Positions 10,803 through 19,990 of a stretch of DNA of 64,000 nucleotides are shown here, one piece after another (positions within the stretch are counted from its first letter, which is position 1; every line of letters begins with the position of its first letter). The notes under the pieces were generated by a model. That model saw only the letters and a program-made list of their open reading frames with translations. It did not search any database and was not told where the DNA came from. The translations under genes were made by a program, and so were the position numbers. The DNA is from Syntrophaceae bacterium (GTDB lineage Bacteria > Desulfobacterota > Syntrophia > Syntrophales > Smithellaceae): assembly GCA_003142535.1 (NCBI GenBank), contig PLMQ01000064.1:56354-120353 (forward strand), in the 5' to 3' direction.

Positions 10803-11555
10803 ATGAAAATTAGTAGAGACAATTTGCCTCAACACATAGCTATTATTATGGATGGTAATGGCCGCTGGGCTAATAAACATACTATCGGACGTATTCGCGG
10901 TCATAAGAAAGGTGCAAATGCCGTAAAAACAACCGTTCGTGCATGCCGAGAAATTGGCATAAAATATCTTACATTATTTACCTTTTCCATTGAAAACTGG
11001 GGACGTCCCGCAGAAGAAGTATCGGCTTTAATGTCTTTATTGGAAGAATACTTAATTACCGAAACGAAAGATCTGCAAAAACAAGGCATCAAGCTAAATA
11101 CTATCGGTGAAGTGGAACATTTATATCCTTCAGTAAAAGAAAGACTCCGGGAAACAAAAGACGCCACAGCCAAAAATGATAAGATGGTTTTAACACTGGC
11201 TCTGAGTTACGGCAGTAGAGATGAAATTATCTCTTCTGTAAATAAGATAATCGAAGAATATAAAAAAGGTCAGATAAATGCAAACGATATAAGTAAAGAA
11301 ACATTCACTAAGTATTTATACACGTATAATATGCCAGATCCTGATTTATTAATAAGAACAAGTGGTGAATACCGTATCAGTAATTTTCTTCTCTGGCAGA
11401 TGGCTTATACAGAGCTATATTTTACTGATGTCCTTTGGCCTGATTTTAATAAAGTCGAGCTTTTAAAAGCAATAGCTGATTATCAAAAACGCGAAAGACG
11501 ATTCGGGCTTACAAGCGAACAATTAAACGAGCAACTCCCTCATAAAATTAAATAG
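10803..11555 (+). CDS. uppS: Undecaprenyl diphosphate synthase (isoprenyl transferase)
   Basis: HIAIIMDGNGRWA and RTSGEYRISNFLLWQ motifs. I prefer ATG 10803 over the longer track start. Confidence 0.92.
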   Translation: MKISRDNLPQHIAIIMDGNGRWANKHTIGRIRGHKKGANAVKTTVRACREIGIKYLTLFTFSIENWGRPAEEVSALMSLLEEYLITETKDLQKQGIKLNTIGEVEHLYPSVKERLRETKDATAKNDKMVLTLALSYGSRDEIISSVNKIIEEYKKGQINANDISKETFTKYLYTYNMPDPDLLIRTSGEYRISNFLLWQMAYTELYFTDVLWPDFNKVELLKAIADYQKRERRFGLTSEQLNEQLPHKIK

Positions 11556-11584
11556 TTATCTGAGACATAGAATAGTGGTGGAAT

Positions 11585-12394
11585 ATGCTTAATTCTTTTA
11601 TAAAAAGGTGGTTGACCGGTTTAATATTAGCAGGGTTAATCTTTGTCATTATCGTTTTTACTGTTCCCGTTGTTCTGACAGCATTGATTGCTCTGTTTGC
11701 AATAGGTGGGATATGGGAATACAGTAATATTGTTTTAGGGAAGGGTATCTCGCGGGAAAAGATTGAAGGGGCCATTTTTGCGGCTCTAATTCCTTTCCTG
11801 TTTCTCTGGGGCGGAAGCCAGCTTATCCTTGCTGTCCTGGCGTTTTGTATATTAATCACCTTTATATTGTTTCTGGGATCAATCAAAGAAAATACATTTG
11901 ATGTAATAAATGTTGCCAAAGTAATTTTTGGCATAATGTATATACCATTTCTCATATCTCATTTTATTTTACTGAGAATGATTGATAACGGAGTAATGTG
12001 GGTTTTGTTTGTTTTAGTGCTGGCATTTGCCGGAGATATAATAGCTTTGTATGTTGGTAAATACTTCGGCAAACATCAATTAATTCCCTTGGTCAGCCCC
12101 GGTAAAACTGTGGAAGGAACAATAGGATTGATTTTGGGAAGTACCGTTGCCTGTTTGATATTCGGTTATTTCATTTTTCCTCAGATATCTTTAGTAAAAA
12201 TCGGTGTCCTCGCATTTACCGGAAGTATTATAGGCCAATTGGGAGATCTCTGTGAATCAGCAATTAAAAGAAACTATGGCCTTAAGGATGCAAGTTCGCT
12301 GCTCCCCGGTCACGGCGGACTGCTGGATCGAATGGACTGTCTGCTTTTCATAGTTCCTTTTGTTTATTATTACCGAATTTATGTGATTGGCTAA
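11585..12394 (+). CDS. cdsA: Phosphatidate cytidylyltransferase
   Basis: Multi-TM ORF with the C-terminal CdsA signature (K..GLKD...LPGHGG.LDR.D). Confidence 0.9.
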   Translation: MLNSFIKRWLTGLILAGLIFVIIVFTVPVVLTALIALFAIGGIWEYSNIVLGKGISREKIEGAIFAALIPFLFLWGGSQLILAVLAFCILITFILFLGSIKENTFDVINVAKVIFGIMYIPFLISHFILLRMIDNGVMWVLFVLVLAFAGDIIALYVGKYFGKHQLIPLVSPGKTVEGTIGLILGSTVACLIFGYFIFPQISLVKIGVLAFTGSIIGQLGDLCESAIKRNYGLKDASSLLPGHGGLLDRMDCLLFIVPFVYYYRIYVIG

Positions 12395-13558
12395 ATGAAG
12401 AAAGTAACGATATTAGGATCCACTGGTTCAATTGGAGTCAGCGCCCTGGATGTTATTGAGAAAAATCCCGATCGTTTTCAGGTTGTGGCGCTGGCGGCGG
12501 GAAGAAATATAACTTTGCTGCATAAGCAAATAGAAAAATTCCGTCCGGAAATAGTCGCTGTCGCTGATTATAAAAGAGCTTGCAAACTTCGTGATCTTTT
12601 ACCTGCTAAGCTGAAAATAAAAATTGTTGGTGATAAAGAAGGTTTAAATGAAGTTGCCTCTTTTAGTGCTGCAAATATCGTTATTTCAGCAATATCCGGC
12701 GCTGCCGGACTGATACCGACACTGACAGCAATTGATGCGGGAAAAGAGATCGCTTTGGCTAACAAAGAAACAATGGTCATGGCGGGAGAAATTGTTACTA
12801 AGAATGCCAGGAAAAGAGGCATTAAAATCCTACCGATAGATAGTGAGCACAGTGCAATTTTTCAATGCTTGCAGGGGCAAAAGCGTAAACACCTGCACAG
12901 GATTATACTGACAGCATCCGGCGGACCTTTTCTGAATTATTCCCGGGAAAAAATAGCAACGGTTAGATTAGCGGATGCTCTCTGGCACCCCAACTGGAAA
13001 ATGGGAAAGAAAATTACTATTGATTCTTCATCCATGATGAATAAAGGACTGGAAGTGATTGAAGCAAGGTGGCTGTTCAATCTGGATATACAAAAAATAG
13101 ATGTCTTAATACATCCGCAAAGCGTTGTGCATTCCATGGTGGAATTTATTGATGGCTCGGTAATAGCCCAGATGGGGATACCGGACATGAGAACGCCGAT
13201 TGCTTACGCTTTAACATATCCGGAAAGGATAAATAATAATCTACCATATTTGGATCTTTTGAAAATAAAGAATCTGGAATTCCGGAAGCCTGATATGAAC
13301 AAATTTCCTTGCCTCAGGCTCGCTTATGAAGCGGCAATTTGCGGCGGCACGATGCCGGTTGTTTTAAATGCAGCCAATGAAGTTGCCGTGGAAGCATTTA
13401 TAAGAAAAAAAATTAATTTTATTGATTTACCCGGTATAATTGATAGAGTAATGAACTCTCATAAATCGTCGGATGCTTCATGTCTGGATGATATTCTTCA
13501 GGTTGACGAGTGGGCGAGACAAAATACGAATAATATAATAGAAAGGAATATATCTTGA
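12395..13558 (+). CDS. dxr: 1-deoxy-D-xylulose 5-phosphate reductoisomerase
   Basis: ILGSTGSIG N-terminus, LANKE and PIDSEHSA motifs. Confidence 0.95.
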   Translation: MKKVTILGSTGSIGVSALDVIEKNPDRFQVVALAAGRNITLLHKQIEKFRPEIVAVADYKRACKLRDLLPAKLKIKIVGDKEGLNEVASFSAANIVISAISGAAGLIPTLTAIDAGKEIALANKETMVMAGEIVTKNARKRGIKILPIDSEHSAIFQCLQGQKRKHLHRIILTASGGPFLNYSREKIATVRLADALWHPNWKMGKKITIDSSSMMNKGLEVIEARWLFNLDIQKIDVLIHPQSVVHSMVEFIDGSVIAQMGIPDMRTPIAYALTYPERINNNLPYLDLLKIKNLEFRKPDMNKFPCLRLAYEAAICGGTMPVVLNAANEVAVEAFIRKKINFIDLPGIIDRVMNSHKSSDASCLDDILQVDEWARQNTNNIIERNIS

Positions 13559-14646
13559 TAAGTATAATTTCCGTCATAGTTTTACTTGGTGTTTTAATTT
13601 TTGTCCATGAATTGGGACATTTTCTAGCAGCAAGAATTGGTGGCGTTGGTGTTTTAAAATTTTCACTTGGCTTTGGCCCGAAAATATTTGGTAAAAAAAT
13701 TGGCGAAACTGAATATGTGCTTTCTTGGATTCCTTTGGGTGGGTTTGTAAAACTTTTAGGAGAATCCGCTTCCGAAACATTAAACCCAGAAGATGAAAAA
13801 AGATCATTCCAAAAACAATCTACCTGGAAAAAAATACTGATCATTCTTGCCGGACCATTCTTCAATTTTGTTTTGGCAATATTTATATTCATCATAGTAT
13901 TTATGTATGGTGTGCCTAATCTGACTACAGACATAGGTGAAATTCAAAAAGGATCGGCAGCATATGAAGCAGGTATTATAACCGGTGACAAAATTATTAC
14001 TCTTGACGGGCGTAATGTAACTTATTGGGATGAGATAAGGCCGATCATTGCCGAAGGTAAAGGTAAAGAAGTCGAGATTGTTGTAGAAAGAAAATCGCAA
14101 AAAAAGAACATACTTATCAAACCCAAATCATCCAAATCAAAAGATATTTTTGGTGAAGAAGTATCAACTTACCTGATAGGAATATCTCCTTCCGGTAACA
14201 TAGTTATAGAAAGGAAAAATCCCTTACAGGCATCTGTCGCTTCACTCCAGAAGACCTGGGAGATAAGTAAGCTGACAGTTATCGCTGTTGTTAAAATGAT
14301 TGAAGGAACAATATCACCGCGAACTCTAGGCGGACCGATATTTATTGCTCAAGTGGCTGGTGCGCAAGTGAAAGAAGGAATCATCCCCTTTATTCTTTTT
14401 ATGGCTTTGCTTTCCATAAATTTAGGAGTGATAAATCTTTTTCCCATACCTGTTCTTGACGGTGGTCATATCTTGTTTTACGGGATCGAACTGATAACCA
14501 GAAAAGAAATCAGCGTGAAAGTAAAAGAGACAGCGCAGCAGATTGGTTTTGTAATTTTAGTGATGCTAATGATTTTTGTCGTCATGATTGATATTGAACG
14601 GATGAATTTCAAGATCGTTAATGATGTGTTGAAATATTTTAAATAA
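13555..14646 (+). CDS. rseP: RIP metalloprotease RseP (site-2 protease)
   Basis: HELGH zinc motif in the first TM helix, a PDZ-like middle region and a C-terminal NLFPIPVLDGG motif. Overlaps the dxr stop by 4 nt. Confidence 0.9.
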   Translation: MISIISVIVLLGVLIFVHELGHFLAARIGGVGVLKFSLGFGPKIFGKKIGETEYVLSWIPLGGFVKLLGESASETLNPEDEKRSFQKQSTWKKILIILAGPFFNFVLAIFIFIIVFMYGVPNLTTDIGEIQKGSAAYEAGIITGDKIITLDGRNVTYWDEIRPIIAEGKGKEVEIVVERKSQKKNILIKPKSSKSKDIFGEEVSTYLIGISPSGNIVIERKNPLQASVASLQKTWEISKLTVIAVVKMIEGTISPRTLGGPIFIAQVAGAQVKEGIIPFILFMALLSINLGVINLFPIPVLDGGHILFYGIELITRKEISVKVKETAQQIGFVILVMLMIFVVMIDIERMNFKIVNDVLKYFK

Positions 14647-14649
14647 ACT

Positions 14650-15357
14650 ATGTTGACTCTTGCTTTTGATACATCTTCCCGTACTGCGGCAGTATCCATA
14701 TTAAAGAATGATGATATTCTATACGATTCAATGATAAATGTAGATGTGAATCATTCGGAAGTTCTTTTGCCCGCTATTGATCAGGCTTGTCAGCAGACTC
14801 GGATAAAAATAAACGAAATCGATTTATTTGTCTGTACAATCGGTCCCGGATCTTTCACGGGATTGCGCATTGGAGTAAGCACACTCAAGGGATTGACATT
14901 GTCAAGCGGCAAACCAGCAGTTGGTGTTTCTTCTTTAGCTGCTTTGGCCATGAATGTCAGCGTAAATAATAATTTGATATGTTCCATGATGGATGCCGGT
15001 CGAGGTCAGGTATATGCAGCTTATTTTCGTTACAACAATGAAGGCTCATTAAATCGGATAACCTTGGCCAAAGCCATTGAACCGCAAAATATATTATCGG
15101 AAATTGATCAACCAATTGATAAGAGCATTGAATTTGTGGGAGACGGGGCTATTAAATATGCCGATATCATAAGAGAAAAGATGAAAGAGGCAAGAATAGC
15201 TTCACCTATGCAGCAGCATATCCGGGCTTCAGCTGTAGGCATCATCGGGTTGGATAAGTACACTCGTAATGAACTACTCGATCCGGCAGCTTTTGTACCT
15301 GATTATTTACGATCGGCAGATGCGAAACCAGGCCGATGTCTATTTGAAAACAAGTAA
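14650..15357 (+). CDS. tsaB: tRNA t6A37 biosynthesis protein TsaB
   Basis: N-terminus LAFDTSS...GPGSFTGLRIG is typical of TsaB/YeaZ. Confidence 0.85.
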   Translation: MLTLAFDTSSRTAAVSILKNDDILYDSMINVDVNHSEVLLPAIDQACQQTRIKINEIDLFVCTIGPGSFTGLRIGVSTLKGLTLSSGKPAVGVSSLAALAMNVSVNNNLICSMMDAGRGQVYAAYFRYNNEGSLNRITLAKAIEPQNILSEIDQPIDKSIEFVGDGAIKYADIIREKMKEARIASPMQQHIRASAVGIIGLDKYTRNELLDPAAFVPDYLRSADAKPGRCLFENK

Positions 15358-15406
15358 TACCAATTCTAAATCAAAGCGCTATCTTTGTTAATTGAAAAGG
15401 TGATGT

Positions 15407-16426
15407 ATGAGCACGATGGTTAATTTTGAGAAATGTTCTGAATCAGAAAGTTCAAGGCTCAATGCTTTAAAATCATTATTGGAAAAAATTAAGCTACCTT
15501 TTAAAGTGGCCGATAATGTTGGCATTAAGCTGCACTGGGGAGAAATAGGCAACAAGAATTTTCTGCATCCGATGTACGCACGGGAAATCGTAAAATGGCT
15601 AAAGAAAAACGGTCTGCATCCTTTTATTTTTGATACGACTGTTCTTTATTCCGGTGGGCGGCGCAATGGAAACGAATCATTAAAAACAGCCGCCAAACAT
15701 GGTTTCACGGAAGATTATCTGGATTGCACCGTCCGAATTGGCGACGGATTGGATGGAAAAAACGTTATTGATTTACCGGCTGGATTTAAACATTTTGATA
15801 CTGTGCAGGCAGGAAACGTAGTTCAGGAAGCAGATGGCTTTGTTATCTTCTCTCATTTTAAGGGACATATGGAAGCAGCCTTTGGCGGTGCAATTAAAAA
15901 TATTTCTATGGGTTTTGCATCCCGGGCACAAAAGCAACGTATGCACGCGGACGCTAAACCGACGTTGAACGAAAAAAGCTGCATTAAATGCGGAGAGTGT
16001 GTTGAAGTATGCCCGACAGGTGCCGCTAGTATTGAAGGTTTTAATTTTCCAATATATGATCTGGTCCGATGCATCGGGTGCGCACAATGTATTGCCATGT
16101 GCCCGGAAGCAGCACTGCAAATTATCTGGAATACAGATATAAAAATATTTCAGGAGAAACTGGTCGAAACTGCTGCTGCAGTCTGGAAATTAATTAACAA
16201 AAAATCCGTTGTGATCAATGCTTTAATTGATATAGTAGCTGAATGTGATTGCCTCCCGGGAAATCATCGCAAAATTAGTGAAGATAAGGGTTTTATTGGG
16301 ACGTATCATCCTATTGTGGCCGATGAAGAATCTATCAAACTGATTGGAGAAAATTCGATAAATCAGGCACATCCTCATATACCCTGGCAAAGACAATTTG
16401 ATTATGCCCGGGAAATCGGTTTTTAA
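15407..16426 (+). CDS. DUF362 domain protein with two 4Fe-4S ferredoxin motifs
   Basis: Two CxxCxxCxxxCP motifs (CIKCGECVEVCP, CIGCAQCIAMCP) embedded in a DUF362-like frame. Confidence 0.7.
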   Translation: MSTMVNFEKCSESESSRLNALKSLLEKIKLPFKVADNVGIKLHWGEIGNKNFLHPMYAREIVKWLKKNGLHPFIFDTTVLYSGGRRNGNESLKTAAKHGFTEDYLDCTVRIGDGLDGKNVIDLPAGFKHFDTVQAGNVVQEADGFVIFSHFKGHMEAAFGGAIKNISMGFASRAQKQRMHADAKPTLNEKSCIKCGECVEVCPTGAASIEGFNFPIYDLVRCIGCAQCIAMCPEAALQIIWNTDIKIFQEKLVETAAAVWKLINKKSVVINALIDIVAECDCLPGNHRKISEDKGFIGTYHPIVADEESIKLIGENSINQAHPHIPWQRQFDYAREIGF

Positions 16427-17258
16427 AAATTCTCTTATGGTATACTGTGCGCGATTTTTCTTTATATTATTGTTAGTCCTTTTCTGTAGCAATTCTAATT
16501 CCGAAACTTTTAAAGTCCAAAAAGCTTCATCGCTCACCCTTTTAAAATCAACAAAAGCTGCAGTGTCTAAAATAAAAGTTATCAACATATTTCCTCATGA
16601 TCCGGAATCATTCACCGAAGGTCTTGTTTATCATAAAGGATATTTATTGGAATCTACCGGCCTGAACGGTAAATCGTCGTTGAGAAAAATAGAGATTAAA
16701 TCGGGAAAAATAATTCGGGAAATCAAGTTAGCCGACGAGTTTTTTGGCGAAGGCATGACGCTTATCGGTAATAAAGTTTACCAACTTACCTGGCAAAACA
16801 ATACAGGCTTTATTTATAATTTGTCGGATTTGCAAAAAATGGGAGAATTTCATTATGAAGGTGAAGGCTGGGGCTTGACTGCGGATGGAAAGAACCTGTG
16901 GATGAGCGAAGGCAGTTCGACAATTACCTGCCGTAATCCTGTTACTTTTGCAATTATCCGCAAAATTAACGTGCGCGATGAAAATAGACCGGTTAAAAAT
17001 ATCAATGAATTGGAATTTGTCTGGGGAGAAATCTGGGCGAATGTTTTTATGGAAGATGTAATAGTCAGAATTTCACCAATGACCGGAAAAGTTCTGGGGT
17101 GGATAGATTTAAGCCCGCTTATCCCCATGCTGCCGTCGCTGGAAAGAAGAGATGTCTTAAATGGAATTGCTTATGACAAAGAAAATGATCGAATATTTGT
17201 CACCGGCAAATTCTGGCCGAAATTATTTGAGATAAAGCTGATAAATAACCAGCCCTGA
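16398..17258 (+). CDS. Glutaminyl-peptide cyclotransferase (beta-propeller glutamine cyclotransferase), secreted
   Basis: FPHDPESFTEGL...GLNGKSSLRKIE...YQLTWQ pattern of the plant/bacterial-type glutaminyl cyclase, with a hydrophobic N-terminus. The start may be ATG 16437 rather than 16398. Confidence 0.7.
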   Translation: MIMPGKSVFKNSLMVYCARFFFILLLVLFCSNSNSETFKVQKASSLTLLKSTKAAVSKIKVINIFPHDPESFTEGLVYHKGYLLESTGLNGKSSLRKIEIKSGKIIREIKLADEFFGEGMTLIGNKVYQLTWQNNTGFIYNLSDLQKMGEFHYEGEGWGLTADGKNLWMSEGSSTITCRNPVTFAIIRKINVRDENRPVKNINELEFVWGEIWANVFMEDVIVRISPMTGKVLGWIDLSPLIPMLPSLERRDVLNGIAYDKENDRIFVTGKFWPKLFEIKLINNQP

Positions 17259-17338
17259 TTCTTTCACCTATAATGACTTGACCGCAAGTGAGTTTTCCAT
17301 TATAAGCCGATTTCATTTAAGAAAATATGGAGGTAATC

Positions 17339-17986
17339 ATGAGGATCATTTTATTAGGAGCACCGGGTGCCGGGAAGGGAACAGTGGCTAAGCTGCTTAC
17401 GGAGTTTGATGGATCGGTGCAGATATCAACTGGTGATATTTTGCGCTCCGCAGTAAAAGAAGGCACGGAATTAGGAAAAAAGGCCAAAGAATATATGAAC
17501 AGGGGCGATCTCGTTCCGGATGCATTAATTATGCAGATCATGGAAGTGCGCCTGCAAGAACCGGATTGTAAAAAAGGATTTATTCTAGATGGCTTCCCCC
17601 GCACAATTCCGCAGGCCGAAGAATTAAAGAAGCTGCTGGACAAACTCAAGATTAAGATGGATTTTGTTGCCAATCTGGATGTGCCCCGCGACGTCATTTT
17701 AGACCGGCTGACCACCAGGAGAACTTGCTCCAATTCTTCCTGCCAGGAAATCTACAATATAAAAAGCAATCCGCCGGCGAATGGTGGCAAATGCAAGAAG
17801 TGCGGCAGCCCAGTTGTCCAGCGTGCCGATGAAACTGAAGAAGCAATCAGCAATAGACTGGAAACATACAATCAGAAAACAGCACCGCTGATCGGCTTTT
17901 ACGAAAAAGAAGGTCTGCTCAAGAATTTCCTCTCGCTGAGCTCGAAAGATACGGTGGCCGAAATTAAAAAAGCTCTCAAGGGTTAG
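17339..17986 (+). CDS. adk: Adenylate kinase with zinc-type lid
   Basis: MRIILLGAPGAGKGT P-loop. The lid carries CSNSSC ... CKKCG. GGAGG lies 5 nt upstream of ATG 17339. Confidence 0.95.
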   Translation: MRIILLGAPGAGKGTVAKLLTEFDGSVQISTGDILRSAVKEGTELGKKAKEYMNRGDLVPDALIMQIMEVRLQEPDCKKGFILDGFPRTIPQAEELKKLLDKLKIKMDFVANLDVPRDVILDRLTTRRTCSNSSCQEIYNIKSNPPANGGKCKKCGSPVVQRADETEEAISNRLETYNQKTAPLIGFYEKEGLLKNFLSLSSKDTVAEIKKALKG

Positions 17987-18016
17987 CATTGAAAACTATT
18001 TGGTTAAATTTATTTA

Positions 18017-19981
18017 ATGATTGATTATGAAAAAGAACTTAACACCGAGCAATACCGTGTTGTAATGGAAGATGGTGGACCGCTTCTTGTTCTGGCCGGA
18101 GCAGGAAGCGGCAAAACCCGCACACTGACCTACCGTGTCGCCCGTCTATTGGAAAGCGGCGTTTCTCCCGAAAAAATTCTGTTGGCCACATTCACCAACA
18201 AGGCTGCGCGCTCCATGCTCAATCGAGTGGAGAGTCTACTCAATTCCTACACTGGAAAAATCATGGGTGGCACATTTCATCACATTGCCCATTTGCTTTT
18301 GCGAAGCCACGCTTTTCTCCTCGGATATAAAAATAATTTTTCCATTCTGGACAGCGAAGATTCCCGTCAGGTTATCTCCACCTGCATGGCGGAATTAAAA
18401 ATTGATACCAAACTCACCAAATTTCCCAAGAGCAATGTTATTGCGGAAATCATGAGTCTAGCAATCAATACTCAAAGCACTCTGGATGATGTTCTCTTCA
18501 CAAGATATCCTTTCTTTACACATCTGACCAATGAGATAGATCAAATCGGCTGCCGCTACATACAAAAGAAGAAAGATCTTAATGTAATGGATTTTGATGA
18601 TCTGCTCAATAATTGCCGCCGGCTGCTTTTGGAACATCCCGATGTATTAAGCAAACTGGCGCAGAGATTTGAGCATGTACTGGTTGACGAATATCAGGAT
18701 ACGAATATTATCCAGGCTGATATTGTGGATTCACTGGCCTCGGTGCATAGAAACCTGATGGTCGTAGGCGATGATTCGCAGAGTATTTATTCTTTCCGCG
18801 GTGCCAATTTCAGTAATATCATTAATTTTCCACAGCGTTATCCAGATTGTAAAATATTTAAATTGGAAACCAATTACCGCAGTACACCGGAAATACTGCA
18901 TCTGGCGAATTTAAGCATCACCAATAACGAAAAACAGTTTCCCAAAGAATTGCGGGCAGTGCGCGATAAGGGCATGCGTCCGGTAATGGTATCGGCAGAA
19001 AACGTGGTCAAACAGGCGGATTTCGTAGCGCAGAGAATTACGGAACTAAGCCGCTCCGGCATACCGCTTAAGGAAATCGCCGTTCTTTATCGTGCACATT
19101 ATCATTCGATGGAACTGCAAATGGAATTAGTGAGACGAGATATTCCTTTTGATATTCGTTCGGGAATCAGGTTTTTTGAACAAGCCCACATTAAAGATGT
19201 TACTTCCTATATGCGAATTTTAATTAATCCTCATGATGAACTTGCCTGGCGCAGGCTGCTGCTTATGTATCCGAAAGTGGGGAAGGTGACGGCAGACAAA
19301 CTCTGGAAATATTTGGCGATACAGGAAAATCCGTTGGCCTCTCTATTTAATGAAGAATTTATCCAAATAACTCCTAAACAAGCCAAGCCTGGTATTGAAG
19401 AATGTCGCAATGTCATCAAGCATATTTTGGAGCTGCAACCGCAAGACAGAATCCCTGAAAAAATAATCGAAGTTTTATTAAACAAAACAGGTTATCGAAC
19501 CTATTTACAGGATAGCTATTCCGATGCCTCTTCACGTGAGGAAGATTTAATTCAATTAGGCAATTTTTCCACCAAATTCTCAACAATGGAAGATTTTTTA
19601 AACGAGCTGGCCTTGCTTACCAATATGTCGAAAGAAGAAGAATTGGAAGAACGCGAAAAAGAAGACAGGGTAGTCTTAAGCACGATTCATCAGGCCAAGG
19701 GTCTGGAGTGGTCTTATGTATTTCTAATCTGGTGCGCCGATGGCATGATCCCCCTGCAGCGGGCGCTTAAAGAACCAGGCGGAGAGGAAGAAGAAAGAAG
19801 ACTATTTTATGTTGCCGTGACCCGCGCCAAAGACCAACTTTATCTGTCTTCGCCCGCATTGGATTATACACGTTCTTCCGGCGCCTTAACCCTTACACCT
19901 TCCAGATTCATCAGGGAAATTGCGCCTCTTTCCGCAGAAGATGAAAGCAGACCTTTTGAACACTGGACACTTTTTGATTAA
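18017..19981 (+). CDS. UvrD/Rep/PcrA-family ATP-dependent DNA helicase
   Basis: AGAGSGKT Walker A, the VDEYQDTN motif and a C-terminal VAVTRAK motif. Confidence 0.9.
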   Translation: MIDYEKELNTEQYRVVMEDGGPLLVLAGAGSGKTRTLTYRVARLLESGVSPEKILLATFTNKAARSMLNRVESLLNSYTGKIMGGTFHHIAHLLLRSHAFLLGYKNNFSILDSEDSRQVISTCMAELKIDTKLTKFPKSNVIAEIMSLAINTQSTLDDVLFTRYPFFTHLTNEIDQIGCRYIQKKKDLNVMDFDDLLNNCRRLLLEHPDVLSKLAQRFEHVLVDEYQDTNIIQADIVDSLASVHRNLMVVGDDSQSIYSFRGANFSNIINFPQRYPDCKIFKLETNYRSTPEILHLANLSITNNEKQFPKELRAVRDKGMRPVMVSAENVVKQADFVAQRITELSRSGIPLKEIAVLYRAHYHSMELQMELVRRDIPFDIRSGIRFFEQAHIKDVTSYMRILINPHDELAWRRLLLMYPKVGKVTADKLWKYLAIQENPLASLFNEEFIQITPKQAKPGIEECRNVIKHILELQPQDRIPEKIIEVLLNKTGYRTYLQDSYSDASSREEDLIQLGNFSTKFSTMEDFLNELALLTNMSKEEELEEREKEDRVVLSTIHQAKGLEWSYVFLIWCADGMIPLQRALKEPGGEEEERRLFYVAVTRAKDQLYLSSPALDYTRSSGALTLTPSRFIREIAPLSAEDESRPFEHWTLFD

Positions 19982-19990
19982 CTAATTAAA